From: Eledone cirrhosa
Taxonomy: Eukaryota
NCBI GenBank assembly: GCA_964016885.1
Contig: OZ024740.1
Coordinates: 32,860,001 to 32,924,000, forward strand
DNA: 64,000 nucleotides
Direction: 5' to 3'
Shown: positions 28,301 to 43,600 of the stretch, piece after piece
How positions within the stretch are numbered: position 1 is the first letter of the stretch
How the letters are laid out: each line of letters starts with the position of its first letter
Notes under the pieces: model-generated
What the model saw: the letters and a program-made list of their open reading frames with translations, nothing else
What the model was told of the DNA's origin: nothing
Databases searched by the model: none
Program-made: the position numbers and the translations under genes

Positions 28301-31269
28301 GACAGTATGTAACATGTGAGAGACAGTATGTAACAGGTGAGAGACAGTATGTAACAGGTGAGAGAGACAGTATGTGACAGGTGATAGAGTCAGTATGTAA
28401 CAGGTGAGAGAGTCAGTATGTAACAGGTGAGAGGGACAGTATGTAACAGGTGAGAGGGACAGTATGTAACAGGTGAGAGGGACAGTATGTAACAGGTGAG
28501 AGGGACAGTATGTAACAGGTGAGAGGGACAGTATGTAACAGGTGAGATAGACAGTATGTAACAGGTGAGTCAGTATGTAACAGGTGAGAGGGACAGTATG
28601 TAACAGGTGAGAGGGACAGTATGTAACAGGTGAGAGAGACAGTATGTAACAGGTGAGAGGGACAGTATGTAACAGGTGAGAGGGACAGTATGTAACAGGT
28701 GAGAGGGACAGTATGTAACAGGTGAGAGACAGTATGTAACAGGTGAGAGAGACAACATGTAACAGGTGAGAGACAGTATGTAACAGGTGAGAGAGACAAT
28801 ATGTAACAGGTGAGAGAGACAGTATGTAACAAGTGAGAGACACAGTATGTAACAGGTGATAGAGACAGTATGTAACAAGTGAGAGAGACAGTATGTAACA
28901 AGTGAGAGACACAGTATGTAACATGTGAGAGAGACAGTATGTAACAGGTGAGAGACAGTATGTAACAGGTGAGAGACAATATGTAACAGGTGAGAGACAG
29001 TATGTAACAAGTGAGAGACAGTATGTAACAAGTGAGAGACACTGTATGTAACAGGTGATAGAGACAGTATGTAACAAGTGAGAGAGACAGTATGTAACAA
29101 GTGAGAGACACAGTATGTAACATGTGAGAGAGACAGTAGGTAACATGTGAGAGAGACAGTATGTAACAGGTGAGAGGGACAGTATGTAACATGTGACAGA
29201 CAGTATGTAACATGTGAGAGACAGTATGTAACAGGTGAGAGAGACAGTATGTAACATGTGAGAGACAGTATGTAACATGTGAGACAGTATGTAACAGGTG
29301 AGAGACAGTATGTAACGGGTGAGAGAGACAGTATGTAACAGGTGAGAGAGTCAGTATGTAACAGGTGAGAGAGTCAGTATGTAACAGGTGAGAGAGACAG
29401 TATGTAACAGGTGAGAGACAGTATGTAACAGGTGAGAGAGTCAGTATGTAACAGGTGAGAGGGACAGTAACAGGTGAGAGAGTCAGTATGTAACAGGTGA
29501 GAGAGACAGTATGTAACAGGTGAGAGAGACAGTATGTAACAGGTGAGAGTCAGTATGTAACAGGTGAGAGGGACAGTATGTAACAGATAAGAGGGACAGT
29601 ATGTAACAGGTGAGAGGGACAGTATGTAACAGGTGAGAGGGACAGTATGTAACAGGTGAGAGGGACAGTATGTAACAGGTGAGAGAGACAGTATGTAACA
29701 GGTGAGAGAGACAGTATGTAACAGGTGAGAGGGACAGTATGTAATAGGTGAGAGGGACAGTATGTAACAGGTGAGAGGGACAGTATGTAACAGGTGAGAG
29801 AGACAGTATGTAACAGGTGAGAGGGACAGTATGTAACAGGTGAGAGGGAGAGTATGTAACAGGTGAGAGGGACAGTATGTAACAGGTGAGAGGGACCGTA
29901 TGTAACAAGTGAGAGAGACAGTATGTAACAAGTGAGAGACACAGTATGTAACATGTGAGAGAGACAGTATGTAACAGGTGAGAGAGACAATATGTAACAG
30001 GTGAGAGAGACAGTATGTAACAAGTGAGAGACACAGTATGTAACAGGTGATAGAGACAGTATGTAACAAGTGAGAGAGACAGTATGTAACAAGTGAGAGA
30101 CACAGTATGTAACATGTGAGAGAGACAGTATGTAACAGGTGAGAGAGACAGTATGTAACAGGTGAGAGAGACAATATGTAACAAGTGAGAGAGACAGTAT
30201 GTAACAAGTGAGAGACACAGTATGTAACAGGTGATAGAGACAGTATGTAACAGGTGAAAGAGACAGTATGTAACAAGTGAGAGACACAGTATGTAACATG
30301 TGAGAGAGACAGTATGTAACAGGTGAGAGACAGTATGTAACAGGTGAGAGAGACAATATGTAACAGGTGAGAGAGACAGTATGTAACAAGTGAGAGACAC
30401 AGTATGTAACAGGTGATAGAGACAGTATGTAAGTGAGAGAGACAGTATGTAACAAGTGAGAGACACAGTATGTAACATGTGAGAGAGACAGTATGTAACA
30501 TGTGAGAGAGACAGTATGTAACATGTGAGAGACAGTATGTAACATGTGAGAGACAGTATGTAACAGGTGAGAGGGACAGTATGTAACATGTGAGAGACAG
30601 TATGTAACAGGTGAGAGAGACAGTATGTAACATGTGAGAGACAGTATGTAACATGTGAGACAGTATGTAACAGGTGAGAGAGACAGTATGTAACAGGTGA
30701 GAGAGACAGTATGTAACAGGTGAGAGAGACAGTATGTAACAGGTGAGAGAGACAGTATGTAACAGGTGAGAGGGACAGTATGTAACAGGTGAGAGAGACA
30801 GTATGTAACAGGTGAGAAAGTCAGTATGTAACAGGTGAGAGAGTCAGTATGTAACAGGTGAGAGCGACAGTATGTAACAGATGAGAGAGACAGTATGTAA
30901 CAGGTGAGAGAGTCAGTATGTAACAGGTGAGAGGGACAGTAACAGGTGAGAGACAGTATGTAACAGGTGAGAGGGACAGTATGTAACAGGTGAGAGAGAC
31001 AGTATGTAACAGGTGAGAGTCAGTATGTAACAGGTGAGAGGGACAGTATGTAACAGGTGAGAGGGACAGTATGTAACAGGTGAGAGGGACAGTATGTAAC
31101 AGGTGAGAGGGACAGTATGTAACATGTGAGAGACAGTATGTAACATGTGAGACAGTATGTAACAGGTGAGAGACAGTATGTAACAGGTGAGAGGGACAGT
31201 ATGTAACAGGTGAGAGGGACAGTCAGGTGAGACGGACAGTATGTAACAGGTGAGAGGGACAGTATGTAA

Positions 31270-32230
31270 CAGGTGAGAGAGACAGTATGTAACAGATGAG
31301 AGAGACACTATGTAACAGGGAGAGAGACAGTATGTAACAGGTGAGAGGGACAGTATGTAACAGGTGAGAGGGACAGTATGTAACAGGTGAGAGAGACAGT
31401 ATGTAACAGGTGAGAGGGACAGTATGTAACAGGTGAGAGACACAGTATGTAACAGGTGAGGACAGTATGTAACAGGTGAGAGAGACAGTAGGTAACAGGT
31501 GAGAGGGACAGTATGTAACAGGTGAGAGAGACAGTATGTAACAGGTGAGAGAGACAGTGTGTAACAGGTGAGAGAGACAGTATGTAACAGGTGAGAGGGA
31601 CAGTATGTAACAGGTGAGAGAGACAGTATGTAACAGGTGAGAAGGACAGTATGTAACAGGTGAGAGAGACAGTATGTAACAGGTGAGAGAGACAGTATGT
31701 AACAGGTGAGAGAGACAGTATGTAACATGTGAGAGACAGTATGTAACATGTGAGAGAGACAGTATGTAACAGATGAGAGAGACACTATGTAACAGGGAGA
31801 GAGACAGTATGTAACAGGTGAGAGGGACAGTATGTAACAGGTGAGAGACACAGTATGTAACAGGTGAGAGAGACAGTATGTAACAGGTGAGAGGGACAGT
31901 ATGTAACAGGTGAGAGACACAGTATGTAACAGGTGAGGACAGTATGTAACAGGTGAGAGAGACAGTAGGTAACAGGTGAGAGGGACAGTATGTAACAGGT
32001 GAGAGAGACAGTATGTAACAGGTGAGAGAGACAGTGTGTAACAGGTGAGAGAGACAGTATGTAACAGGTGAGAGGGACAGTATGTAACAGGTGAGAGAGA
32101 CAGTATGTAACAGGTGAGAAGGACAGTATGTAACAGGTGAGAGAGACAGTATGTAACAGGTGAGAGAGACAGTATGTAACAGGTGAGAGAGACAGTATGT
32201 AACATGTGAGAGACAGTATGTAACATGTGA
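31270..32230 (+). repeat. 477-bp tandem duplication nested in the 10.2-kb unit (also at about 41457-42417)
   Basis: AGATG at 31294 and 31771; CAGTAGGT variant G at 31491 and 31968; CAGTGTGT and GAAGGA markers repeat with the same spacing. Confidence 0.88.
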
Positions 32231-35200
32231 GAGAGACAGTATGTAACAGGTGAGAGAGACAGTATGTAACAGGTGTGAGACAGTATGTAACAGGTGAGAG
32301 AGACAGTATGTGACATGTGAGAGAGACAATATGTAACAGGTGAGAGAGACAATATGTAACAGGTGAGAGACAGTATGTAACAGGTGAGAGGGAAAGTATG
32401 TAACAGGTGAGAGTCAGTATGTAACATGTGAGAGACAGTATGTAACATGTGAGAGAGACAGTATGTAACAGGTGAGAGAGACAGTATGTAAGATGTGAGA
32501 GGGACAGTATGTAACAGGTGAGAGAGACAGTATGTAACGTGTGAGAGAGACAGTATGTAACATGTGAGAGAGACAGTATGTAACAGGTGAGAGAGATAGT
32601 ATGTAACATGTGAGACGGACAGTATGTAACAGGTGAGAGGGTCAGTATGTAACAGGTGATAGAGACAGTATGTAACAAGTGAGAGAGACAGTATGTAACA
32701 AGTGAGAGACGCAGTATGTAACAGGTGAGAGAGACAGTATGTAACAGGTGAGAGAGACAGTATGTAACAGGTGAGAGAGACAGTATGTAATAAGTGAGAG
32801 AGACAGTATGTAACAGATGAGAGAGACAGTATGTAACAGGTGATAGTGACAGTAGGTAACAAGTGAGAGAGACAGTATGTAACAAGTGAGAGAGACAGTA
32901 TGTAACAAGTGAGAGGGACAGTATGTAACAGGTGAGAGAGACAGTATGTAACAGGTGAGAGAGACACTATGTAACAGGTGAGAGAGACAGTATGTAACAG
33001 ATGAGAGAGACAGTATGTAACAGATGAGAGAGACAGTATGTAACAGATGAGAGAGACAGTATGTAATAGGTGATAGAGACAGTATGTAACAAGTGAGAGA
33101 GACAGTATGTAACATGTGAGAGAGACAGTATGTAACAGGTGAGAGGGACAGTATGTAACAGGTGAGAGAGACAGTATGTAACATATGAGAGACAGTATGT
33201 AACAGGTGAGAGAGACACTATGTAACAGGTGAGAGACAGTATGTAACAGGTGAGAAGGACAGTATGTAACAGGTGAGAGAGACAGTATGTAACAGGTGAG
33301 AGAGACAGTATGTAACAGGTGAGAGACAGTATGTAACATGTGAGACAGTATGTAACATGTGAGACAGTATGTAACATGTGAGACAGTATGTAACATGTGA
33401 GACAGTATGTAACATGTGAGAGAGACAGTAAGTAACAGGTGAGAGAGACAGTATGTAACATGTGAGAGACAGTATGTAACATGTAAGAGACAGTATGTAA
33501 CATGTGAGAGAAACAATATGTAACAGGTGAGAGACAGTATGTAACAGGTGAGAGGGAAAGTATGCAACAGGTGAGAGGGAAAGTATGTAACAGGTGAGAG
33601 TCAGTATGTAACATGTGGGAGACAGTATGTAACATGTGAGAGACAGTATGTAACAGATGAGAGAGACAGTATGTAACAGGTGAGAGAGACAGAATCTAAC
33701 AGGTGAGAGACACAGAATCTAACAGGTGAGAGAGACAGTATGTAACAGGTGAGAGAGACGGTATGTAACAGGTGAGAGAGACAGTATGTAACAGGTGAGA
33801 GAGACAGTATGTAACAGATGAGAGAGACAGTATGTAACAGGTGAGAGAGACAGTATGTAACATGTGAGAGAGACAATATGTAACAGGGAGAGACAGTATG
33901 TAACAGGTGAGAGACAGTATGTAACAGGTGAGAGTCAGTATGTAACATGTGAAAGACAGTATGTAACATGTGAGAGACAGTATGTAACATGTGAGAGAGA
34001 CAGTATGTAACAGATGAGAGAGACAGTATGTAACATGTGAGAGAGACAGTATGTAACAGGTGAGAGAGACAGTATGTAACAGGTGAAAGAGACAGTATGT
34101 AAGAGGTGAAAGAGACAGTATGTAACAGATGAGAGAGACAGTATGTAACATGTGAGAGAGACAGTATGTAACATGTGAAAGAGACAGTATGTAAGAGGTG
34201 AGAGAGACAGTATGTAAGTGGTGAGAGAGACAGTATGTAACAGATGAGAGAGACAGTATGTAACATGTGAGAGAGACAGTATGTAACAGGTGAGAGGGAC
34301 AGTATGTAACATGTGACAGATAGTATGTAACATGTGAGACAGTATGTAACAGGTGAGAGAGACAGTATGTAACATGTGAGAGAGACAGTATGTAACATGT
34401 GAGTCAGTATGTAACATGTGAGACAGTATGTAACAGGTGAGAGAGACAGTATGTAACATGTGAGAGAGACAGTATGTAAGAGGTGAGAGAGACAGTATGT
34501 AACAGATGAGAGAGACAGTATGTAACATGTGAGAGAGACAGTATGTAACAGCTGAGAGGGACAGTATGTAACATGTGACAGACAGTATGTAACATGTGAG
34601 AGACAGTATGTAACATGTGAGAGACAGTATGTAACAGGTGAGAGACAGTATGTAACAGGTGAGAGAGACAGTATGTAACATGTGAGAGAGACAGTATGTA
34701 ACATGTGAGAGTCAGTATGTAACATGTGAGAGTCAGTATGTAACATGTGAGACAGTATGTAACAGATGAGAGAGACAGTATGTAACATGTAAGAGAGACA
34801 GTATGTAACAGGTGAGAGAGACAGTATGTAACAGGTGAGAGAGACAGTATGTAACAGGTGAGAGAGACAGTATGTAACAGGTGAGAGGGACAGTATGTAA
34901 CAGGTGAGAGAGACAGTATGTAACAGGTGAGAGAGTCAGTATGTAACAGGTGAGAGAGACAGTATGTAACAGGTGAGAGAGACAGAATCTAACAGGTGAG
35001 AGGGACAGTATGTAACAGGAGAGAGACAGTATGTAACAGATGAGAGAGACACTATGTAACAGGTGAGAGGGACAGTATGTAACAGGTGAGAGACACAGTA
35101 TGTAACAGGTGAGAGACACAGTATGTAACAGGTGAGAGGGACAGTATGTAACAGGTGAGAGGGACAGTATGTAACAGATGAGAGAGACAGAATCTAACAG

Positions 35201-35979
35201 GTGAGAGACTTAGTATGTAACAGGTGAGAGAGACAGTATATAACATGTGAGAGACAGTATGTAACATGTGAGAGAGACAGTATGTAACAGGTGAGAGGGA
35301 CAGTATGTAACAGGTGAGAGAGACATTATGTAACAGGTGAGAGGGATAGTATGTAACAGGTGAGAGAGACAGTATGTAACAGGTGAGAGACAGTATGTAA
35401 CAGATGAGAGTCACAGTATGTAACAAGTGAGAGAGACAGTATGTAACAGGTGAGAGAGACAGTATGTAACAGGTGAGATTCAGTATGTAACATGTGAGAG
35501 AGACAGTATGTAACAGGTGAGAGAGACAGTATGTAACAGGTGAGAGGGACAGAATGTAACAGGTGAGAGAGTCAGTATGTAACAGATGAGAGAGACAGTA
35601 TGTAACAGATGAGAGAGACAGTATGTAACAGATGAGAGAGACAGTATGTAACAGGTGAGAGAGACAGTATGTAACAGGTGAGAGACAGTATGTAACATGT
35701 GAGAGGGACAGTATGTAACAGGTGAGAGGGACAGTATGTAACAGGTGAGAGGGACAGTATGTAACAGGTGAGAGGGACAGTATGTAACAGGTGAGAGGGA
35801 CAGTATGTAACAGGTGAGAGACAGTATGTAACAGGTGAGAGACAGTATGTAACAGGTGAGAGGGACAGTATGTAACAGGTGAGAGGGACAGTATGTAACA
35901 GGTGAGAGAGACAGTATGTAACAGGTGAGAGAGACAGTACGTAACAGGTGAGAGGGAAAGTATGTAACAGGTGAGAGTC

Positions 35980-36340
35980 AGTATGTAACAGATGAGAGAG
36001 ACAGTATGTAACAGGTGAGGGAGACATTATGTAACAGGTGAGAGACAGTATGTAACAGGTGAGAGGGATAGTATGTAACAGGTGAGAGGGATAGTATGTA
36101 ACAGGTGAGAGAGACAGTATGTAACAGGTGAGAGGGACAGTATGTAACAGGTGAGAGACAGTATGTAACAGATGAGAGTCACAGTATGTAACAGGTGAGG
36201 GAGACATTATGTAACAGGTGAGAGACAGTATGTAACAGGTGAGAGGGATAGTATGTAACAGGTGAGAGGGATAGTATGTAACAGGTGAGAGAGACAGTAT
36301 GTAACAGGTGAGAGGGACAGTATGTAACAGGTGAGAGGGA
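35980..36340 (+). repeat. 180-bp tandem duplication nested in the 10.2-kb unit (also at about 46167-46527)
   Basis: ACAGGTGAGGGAGACATTAT at 36011 and 36191, each followed by paired GGGATAG monomers. Confidence 0.88.
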
Positions 36341-37649
36341 CAGTATGTAACAGGTGAGAGACACCGTATGTAACAGGTGACAGACACAGTATGTAACAGG
36401 TGAGAGAGACAGTATGTAACAGGTGAGAGACAGTATGTAACAGGTGAGGACAGTATGTAACAGGTGAGAGAGACAGTATGTAACAGGTGAGAAAGACATT
36501 ATGTAACAGGTGAGAGGGATAGTATGTAACAGGTGAGAGGGATAGTATGTAACAGGTGAGAGAGACAGTATGTAACAGGTGAGAGACAGTATGTAACAGA
36601 TGAGAGTCACAGTATGTAACAGGTGAGAGAGTCAGTATGTAACAGGTGAGAGAGACAGTATGTAACAGGTGAGAGAGACAGTATGTAACAGGTGAGAGGG
36701 AGAGTATGTAACAGGTGAGAGGGAGAGTATGTAACAGGTGAGAGGGACAGTATGTAACAGGTGAGAGAGACAGTATGTAACTTGTGAGAGACAGTATGTA
36801 ACAGGTGAGAGAGACACTATGTAACAGGTGAGAGACAGTATGTAACAGGTGAGAAGGACAGTATGTAACAGGTGAGAGAGACAGTATGTAACAGGTGAGA
36901 GAGACAGTATGTAACAGGTGAGAGACAGTATGTAACATGTGAGACAGTATGTAACATGTGAGACAGTATGTAACATGTGAGAGAGACAGTAAGTAACAGG
37001 TGAGAGAGACAGTATGTAACATGTGAGAGACAGTATGTAACATGTAAGAGACAGTATGTAACATGTGAGAGAAACAATATGTAACAGGTGAGAGACAGTA
37101 TGTAACAGGTGAGAGGGAAAGTATGCAACAGGTGAGAGGGAAAGTATGTAACAGGTGAGAGTCAGTATGTAACATGTGGGAGACAGTATGTAACATGTGA
37201 GAGACAGTATGTAACAGATGAGAGAGACAGTATGTAACAGGTGAGAGAGACAGTATGTAACAGGTGAGAGAGACAGAATCTAACAGGTGAGAGACACAGA
37301 ATCTAACAGGTGAGAGAGACAGTATGTAACAGGTGAGAGAGACGGTATGTAACAGGTGAGAGAGACAGTATGTAACAGGTGAGAGAGACAGTATGTAACA
37401 GATGAGAGAGACAGTATGTAACAGGTGAGAGAGACAGTATGTAACATGTGAGAGAGACAATATGTAACAGGGAGAGACAGTATGTAACAGGTGAGAGACA
37501 GTATGTAACAGGTGAGAGGGAAAGTATGTAACAGGTGAGAGTCAGTATGTAACATGTGAAAGACAGTATGTAACATGTGAGAGACAGTATGTAACATGTG
37601 AGAGAGACAGTATGTAACAGATGAGAGAGACAGTATGTAACAGATGAGA

Positions 37650-40600
37650 GAGACAGTATGTAACAGATGAGAGAGACACTATGTAACAGGTGAGAGAGAC
37701 AGTATGTAACAGGTGAGAGGGACAGTATGTAACAGGTGAGAGACACGGTATGTAACAGATGAGAGACACTATGTAACAGGTGAGAGACAGTATTTAACAG
37801 CTGAGAGGGACAGTATGTAACAGGTGAGAGACACAGTATGTAACAGGTGAGAGAGACAGTATGTAACAGGTGAGAGAGACAGTATGTAACAGGTGAGAGA
37901 GTCAGTATGTAACAGGTGAGAGGGACAGTAACAGGTGAGAGAGTCAGTATGTAACAGGTGAGAGACAGTATGTAACATGTGAGAGACAGTATGTAACAGG
38001 TGAGAGAGACAGTATGTAACAGGTGAGAGACACAGTATGTAACAGGTGAGAGACACAGTATGTAACAGGTTAGAGAGACAGTATGTAACAGGTGAGAGGG
38101 ACAGTATGTAACAGGTGAGAGAGACAGTATGTAACAGGTGAGAGAGTCAGTATGTAACAGGTGATAGAGACAGTATGTAACAGGTGAGAGAGACAGTATG
38201 TAACAGGTGAGAGGGACAGTATGTAACAGGTGAGAGAGACAGTATGTAACAAATCAGAGTCACTATGTAACAGGTGAGAGGGACAGTATGTAACAGATGA
38301 GAGGGACAGTATGTAACAGGTGAGAGAGTCAGTATGTAACAGGTGAGAGGGACAGTATGTAACAGGTGAGAGACAGTATGTAACAGGTGAGAGTCCGTAT
38401 GTAACAGGTGAGAGGGACAGTATGGAACAGATGAGAGGGACAGTATGTAACAGGTGAGAGAGACAGTATGTAACAGGTGAGAGGGACAGTATGTAACATG
38501 TGAGAGACAGTATGTAACAGGTGAGAGACAGTATGTAACAGGTGAGAGAGACAGTATGTGACAGGTGATAGAGTCAGTATGTAACAGGTGAGAGAGTCAG
38601 TATGTAACAGGTGAGAGGGACAGTATGTAACAGGTGAGAGGGACAGTATGTAACAGGTGAGAGGGACAGTATGTAACAGGTGAGAGGGACAGTATGTAAC
38701 AGGTGAGAGGGACAGTATGTAACAGGTGAGATAGACAGTATGTAACAGGTGAGTCAGTATGTAACAGGTGAGAGGGACAGTATGTAACAGGTGAGAGGGA
38801 CAGTATGTAACAGGTGAGAGAGACAGTATGTAACAGGTGAGAGGGACAGTATGTAACAGGTGAGAGGGACAGTATGTAACAGGTGAGAGGGACAGTATGT
38901 AACAGGTGAGAGACAGTATGTAACAGGTGAGAGAGACAACATGTAACAGGTGAGAGACAGTATGTAACAGGTGAGAGAGACAATATGTAACAGGTGAGAG
39001 AGACAGTATGTAACAAGTGAGAGACACAGTATGTAACAGGTGATAGAGACAGTATGTAACAAGTGAGAGAGACAGTATGTAACAAGTGAGAGACACAGTA
39101 TGTAACATGTGAGAGAGACAGTATGTAACAGGTGAGAGACAGTATGTAACAGGTGAGAGACAATATGTAACAGGTGAGAGACAGTATGTAACAAGTGAGA
39201 GACAGTATGTAACAAGTGAGAGACACTGTATGTAACAGGTGATAGAGACAGTATGTAACAAGTGAGAGAGACAGTATGTAACAAGTGAGAGACACAGTAT
39301 GTAACATGTGAGAGAGACAGTAGGTAACATGTGAGAGAGACAGTATGTAACAGGTGAGAGGGACAGTATGTAACATGTGACAGACAGTATGTAACATGTG
39401 AGAGACAGTATGTAACAGGTGAGAGAGACAGTATGTAACATGTGAGAGACAGTATGTAACATGTGAGACAGTATGTAACAGGTGAGAGACAGTATGTAAC
39501 GGGTGAGAGAGACAGTATGTAACAGGTGAGAGAGTCAGTATGTAACAGGTGAGAGAGTCAGTATGTAACAGGTGAGAGAGACAGTATGTAACAGGTGAGA
39601 GACAGTATGTAACAGGTGAGAGAGTCAGTATGTAACAGGTGAGAGGGACAGTAACAGGTGAGAGAGTCAGTATGTAACAGGTGAGAGAGACAGTATGTAA
39701 CAGGTGAGAGAGACAGTATGTAACAGGTGAGAGTCAGTATGTAACAGGTGAGAGGGACAGTATGTAACAGATAAGAGGGACAGTATGTAACAGGTGAGAG
39801 GGACAGTATGTAACAGGTGAGAGGGACAGTATGTAACAGGTGAGAGGGACAGTATGTAACAGGTGAGAGAGACAGTATGTAACAGGTGAGAGAGACAGTA
39901 TGTAACAGGTGAGAGGGACAGTATGTAATAGGTGAGAGGGACAGTATGTAACAGGTGAGAGGGACAGTATGTAACAGGTGAGAGAGACAGTATGTAACAG
40001 GTGAGAGGGACAGTATGTAACAGGTGAGAGGGAGAGTATGTAACAGGTGAGAGGGACAGTATGTAACAGGTGAGAGGGACCGTATGTAACAAGTGAGAGA
40101 GACAGTATGTAACAAGTGAGAGACACAGTATGTAACATGTGAGAGAGACAGTATGTAACAGGTGAGAGAGACAATATGTAACAGGTGAGAGAGACAGTAT
40201 GTAACAAGTGAGAGACACAGTATGTAACAGGTGATAGAGACAGTATGTAACAAGTGAGAGAGACAGTATGTAACAAGTGAGAGACACAGTATGTAACATG
40301 TGAGAGAGACAGTATGTAACAGGTGAGAGAGACAGTATGTAACAGGTGAGAGAGACAATATGTAACAAGTGAGAGAGACAGTATGTAACAAGTGAGAGAC
40401 ACAGTATGTAACAGGTGATAGAGACAGTATGTAACAGGTGAAAGAGACAGTATGTAACAAGTGAGAGACACAGTATGTAACATGTGAGAGAGACAGTATG
40501 TAACAGGTGAGAGACAGTATGTAACAGGTGAGAGAGACAATATGTAACAGGTGAGAGAGACAGTATGTAACAAGTGAGAGACACAGTATGTAACAGGTGA

Positions 40601-43600
40601 TAGAGACAGTATGTAACAAGTGAGAGAGACAGTATGTAACAAGTGAGAGACACAGTATGTAACATGTGAGAGAGACAGTATGTAACATGTGAGAGAGACA
40701 GTATGTAACATGTGAGAGACAGTATGTAACATGTGAGAGACAGTATGTAACAGGTGAGAGGGACAGTATGTAACATGTGAGAGACAGTATGTAACAGGTG
40801 AGAGAGACAGTATGTAACATGTGAGAGACAGTATGTAACATGTGAGACAGTATGTAACAGGTGAGAGAGACAGTATGTAACAGGTGAGAGAGACAGTATG
40901 TAACAGGTGAGAGAGACAGTATGTAACAGGTGAGAGAGACAGTATGTAACAGGTGAGAGGGACAGTATGTAACAGGTGAGAGAGACAGTATGTAACAGGT
41001 GAGAAAGTCAGTATGTAACAGGTGAGAGAGTCAGTATGTAACAGGTGAGAGCGACAGTATGTAACAGATGAGAGAGACAGTATGTAACAGGTGAGAGAGT
41101 CAGTATGTAACAGGTGAGAGGGACAGTAACAGGTGAGAGACAGTATGTAACAGGTGAGAGGGACAGTATGTAACAGGTGAGAGAGACAGTATGTAACAGG
41201 TGAGAGTCAGTATGTAACAGGTGAGAGGGACAGTATGTAACAGGTGAGAGGGACAGTATGTAACAGGTGAGAGGGACAGTATGTAACAGGTGAGAGGGAC
41301 AGTATGTAACATGTGAGAGACAGTATGTAACATGTGAGACAGTATGTAACAGGTGAGAGACAGTATGTAACAGGTGAGAGGGACAGTATGTAACAGGTGA
41401 GAGGGACAGTCAGGTGAGACGGACAGTATGTAACAGGTGAGAGGGACACTATGTAACAGGTGAGAGAGACAGTATGTAACAGATGAGAGAGACACTATGT
41501 AACAGGGAGAGAGACAGTATGTAACAGGTGAGAGGGACAGTATGTAACAGGTGAGAGGGACAGTATGTAACAGGTGAGAGAGACAGTATGTAACAGGTGA
41601 GAGGGACAGTATGTAACAGGTGAGAGACACAGTATGTAACAGGTGAGGACAGTATGTAACAGGTGAGAGAGACAGTAGGTAACAGGTGAGAGGGACAGTA
41701 TGTAACAGGTGAGAGAGACAGTATGTAACAGGTGAGAGAGACAGTGTGTAACAGGTGAGAGAGACAGTATGTAACAGGTGAGAGGGACAGTATGTAACAG
41801 GTGAGAGAGACAGTATGTAACAGGTGAGAAGGACAGTATGTAACAGGTGAGAGAGACAGTATGTAACAGGTGAGAGAGACAGTATGTAACAGGTGAGAGA
41901 GACAGTATGTAACATGTGAGAGACAGTATGTAACATGTGAGAGAGACAGTATGTAACAGATGAGAGAGACACTATGTAACAGGGAGAGAGACAGTATGTA
42001 ACAGGTGAGAGGGACAGTATGTAACAGGTGAGAGACACAGTATGTAACAGGTGAGAGAGACAGTATGTAACAGGTGAGAGGGACAGTATGTAACAGGTGA
42101 GAGACACAGTATGTAACAGGTGAGGACAGTATGTAACAGGTGAGAGAGACAGTAGGTAACAGGTGAGAGGGACAGTATGTAACAGGTGAGAGAGACAGTA
42201 TGTAACAGGTGAGAGAGACAGTGTGTAACAGGTGAGAGAGACAGTATGTAACAGGTGAGAGGGACAGTATGTAACAGGTGAGAGAGACAGTATGTAACAG
42301 GTGAGAAGGACAGTATGTAACAGGTGAGAGAGACAGTATGTAACAGGTGAGAGAGACAGTATGTAACAGGTGAGAGAGACAGTATGTAACATGTGAGAGA
42401 CAGTATGTAACATGTGAGAGAGACAGTATGTAACAGGTGAGAGAGACAGTATGTAACAGGTGTGAGACAGTATGTAACAGGTGAGAGAGACAGTATGTGA
42501 CATGTGAGAGAGACAATATGTAACAGGTGAGAGAGACAATATGTAACAGGTGAGAGACAGTATGTAACAGGTGAGAGGGAAAGTATGTAACAGGTGAGAG
42601 TCAGTATGTAACATGTGAGAGACAGTATGTAACATGTGAGAGAGACAGTATGTAACAGGTGAGAGAGACAGTATGTAAGATGTGAGAGGGACAGTATGTA
42701 ACAGGTGAGAGAGACAGTATGTAACGTGTGAGAGAGACAGTATGTAACATGTGAGAGAGACAGTATGTAACAGGTGAGAGAGATAGTATGTAACATGTGA
42801 GACGGACAGTATGTAACAGGTGAGAGGGTCAGTATGTAACAGGTGATAGAGACAGTATGTAACAAGTGAGAGAGACAGTATGTAACAAGTGAGAGACGCA
42901 GTATGTAACAGGTGAGAGAGACAGTATGTAACAGGTGAGAGAGACAGTATGTAACAGGTGAGAGAGACAGTATGTAATAAGTGATAGAGACAGTATGTAA
43001 CAGATGAGAGAGACAGTATGTAACAGGTGATAGTGACAGTAGGTAACAAGTGAGAGAGACAGTATGTAACAAGTGAGAGAGACAGTATGTAACAAGTGAG
43101 AGGGACAGTATGTAACAGGTGAGAGAGACAGTATGTAACAGGTGAGAGAGACACTATGTAACAGGTGAGAGAGACAGTATGTAACAGATGAGAGAGACAG
43201 TATGTAACAGATGAGAGAGACAGTATGTAACAGATGAGAGAGACAGTATGTAATAGGTGATAGAGACAGTATGTAACAAGTGAGAGAGACAGTATGTAAC
43301 ATGTGAGAGAGACAGTATGTAACAGGTGAGAGGGACAGTATGTAACAGGTGAGAGAGACAGTATGTAACATATGAGAGACAGTATGTAACAGGTGAGAGA
43401 GACAGTATGTAACAGGTGAGAGACAGTATGTAACAGGTGAGAAGGACAGTATGTAACAGGTGAGAGAGACAGTATGTAACAGGTGAGAGAGACAGTATGT
43501 AACAGGTGAGAGACAGTATGTAACATGTGAGACAGTATGTAACATGTGAGACAGTATGTAACATGTGAGACAGTATGTAACATGTGAGACAGTATGTAAC

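Larger units (their letters stand above)
27466..37649 (+). repeat. 10.2-kb tandem duplication, copy 1
   Basis: Rare markers (TATTTAACAGCTG, CAGGTTAG, AAATCAGAGTCACT, GTCCGT, TGGAAC, AACGGG, CAGATAAG, GAGCGAC) recur at +10184. After a 3-bp indel near 30431 the offset becomes +10187. ORF-track coordinates shift by the same amounts. Confidence 0.95.
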
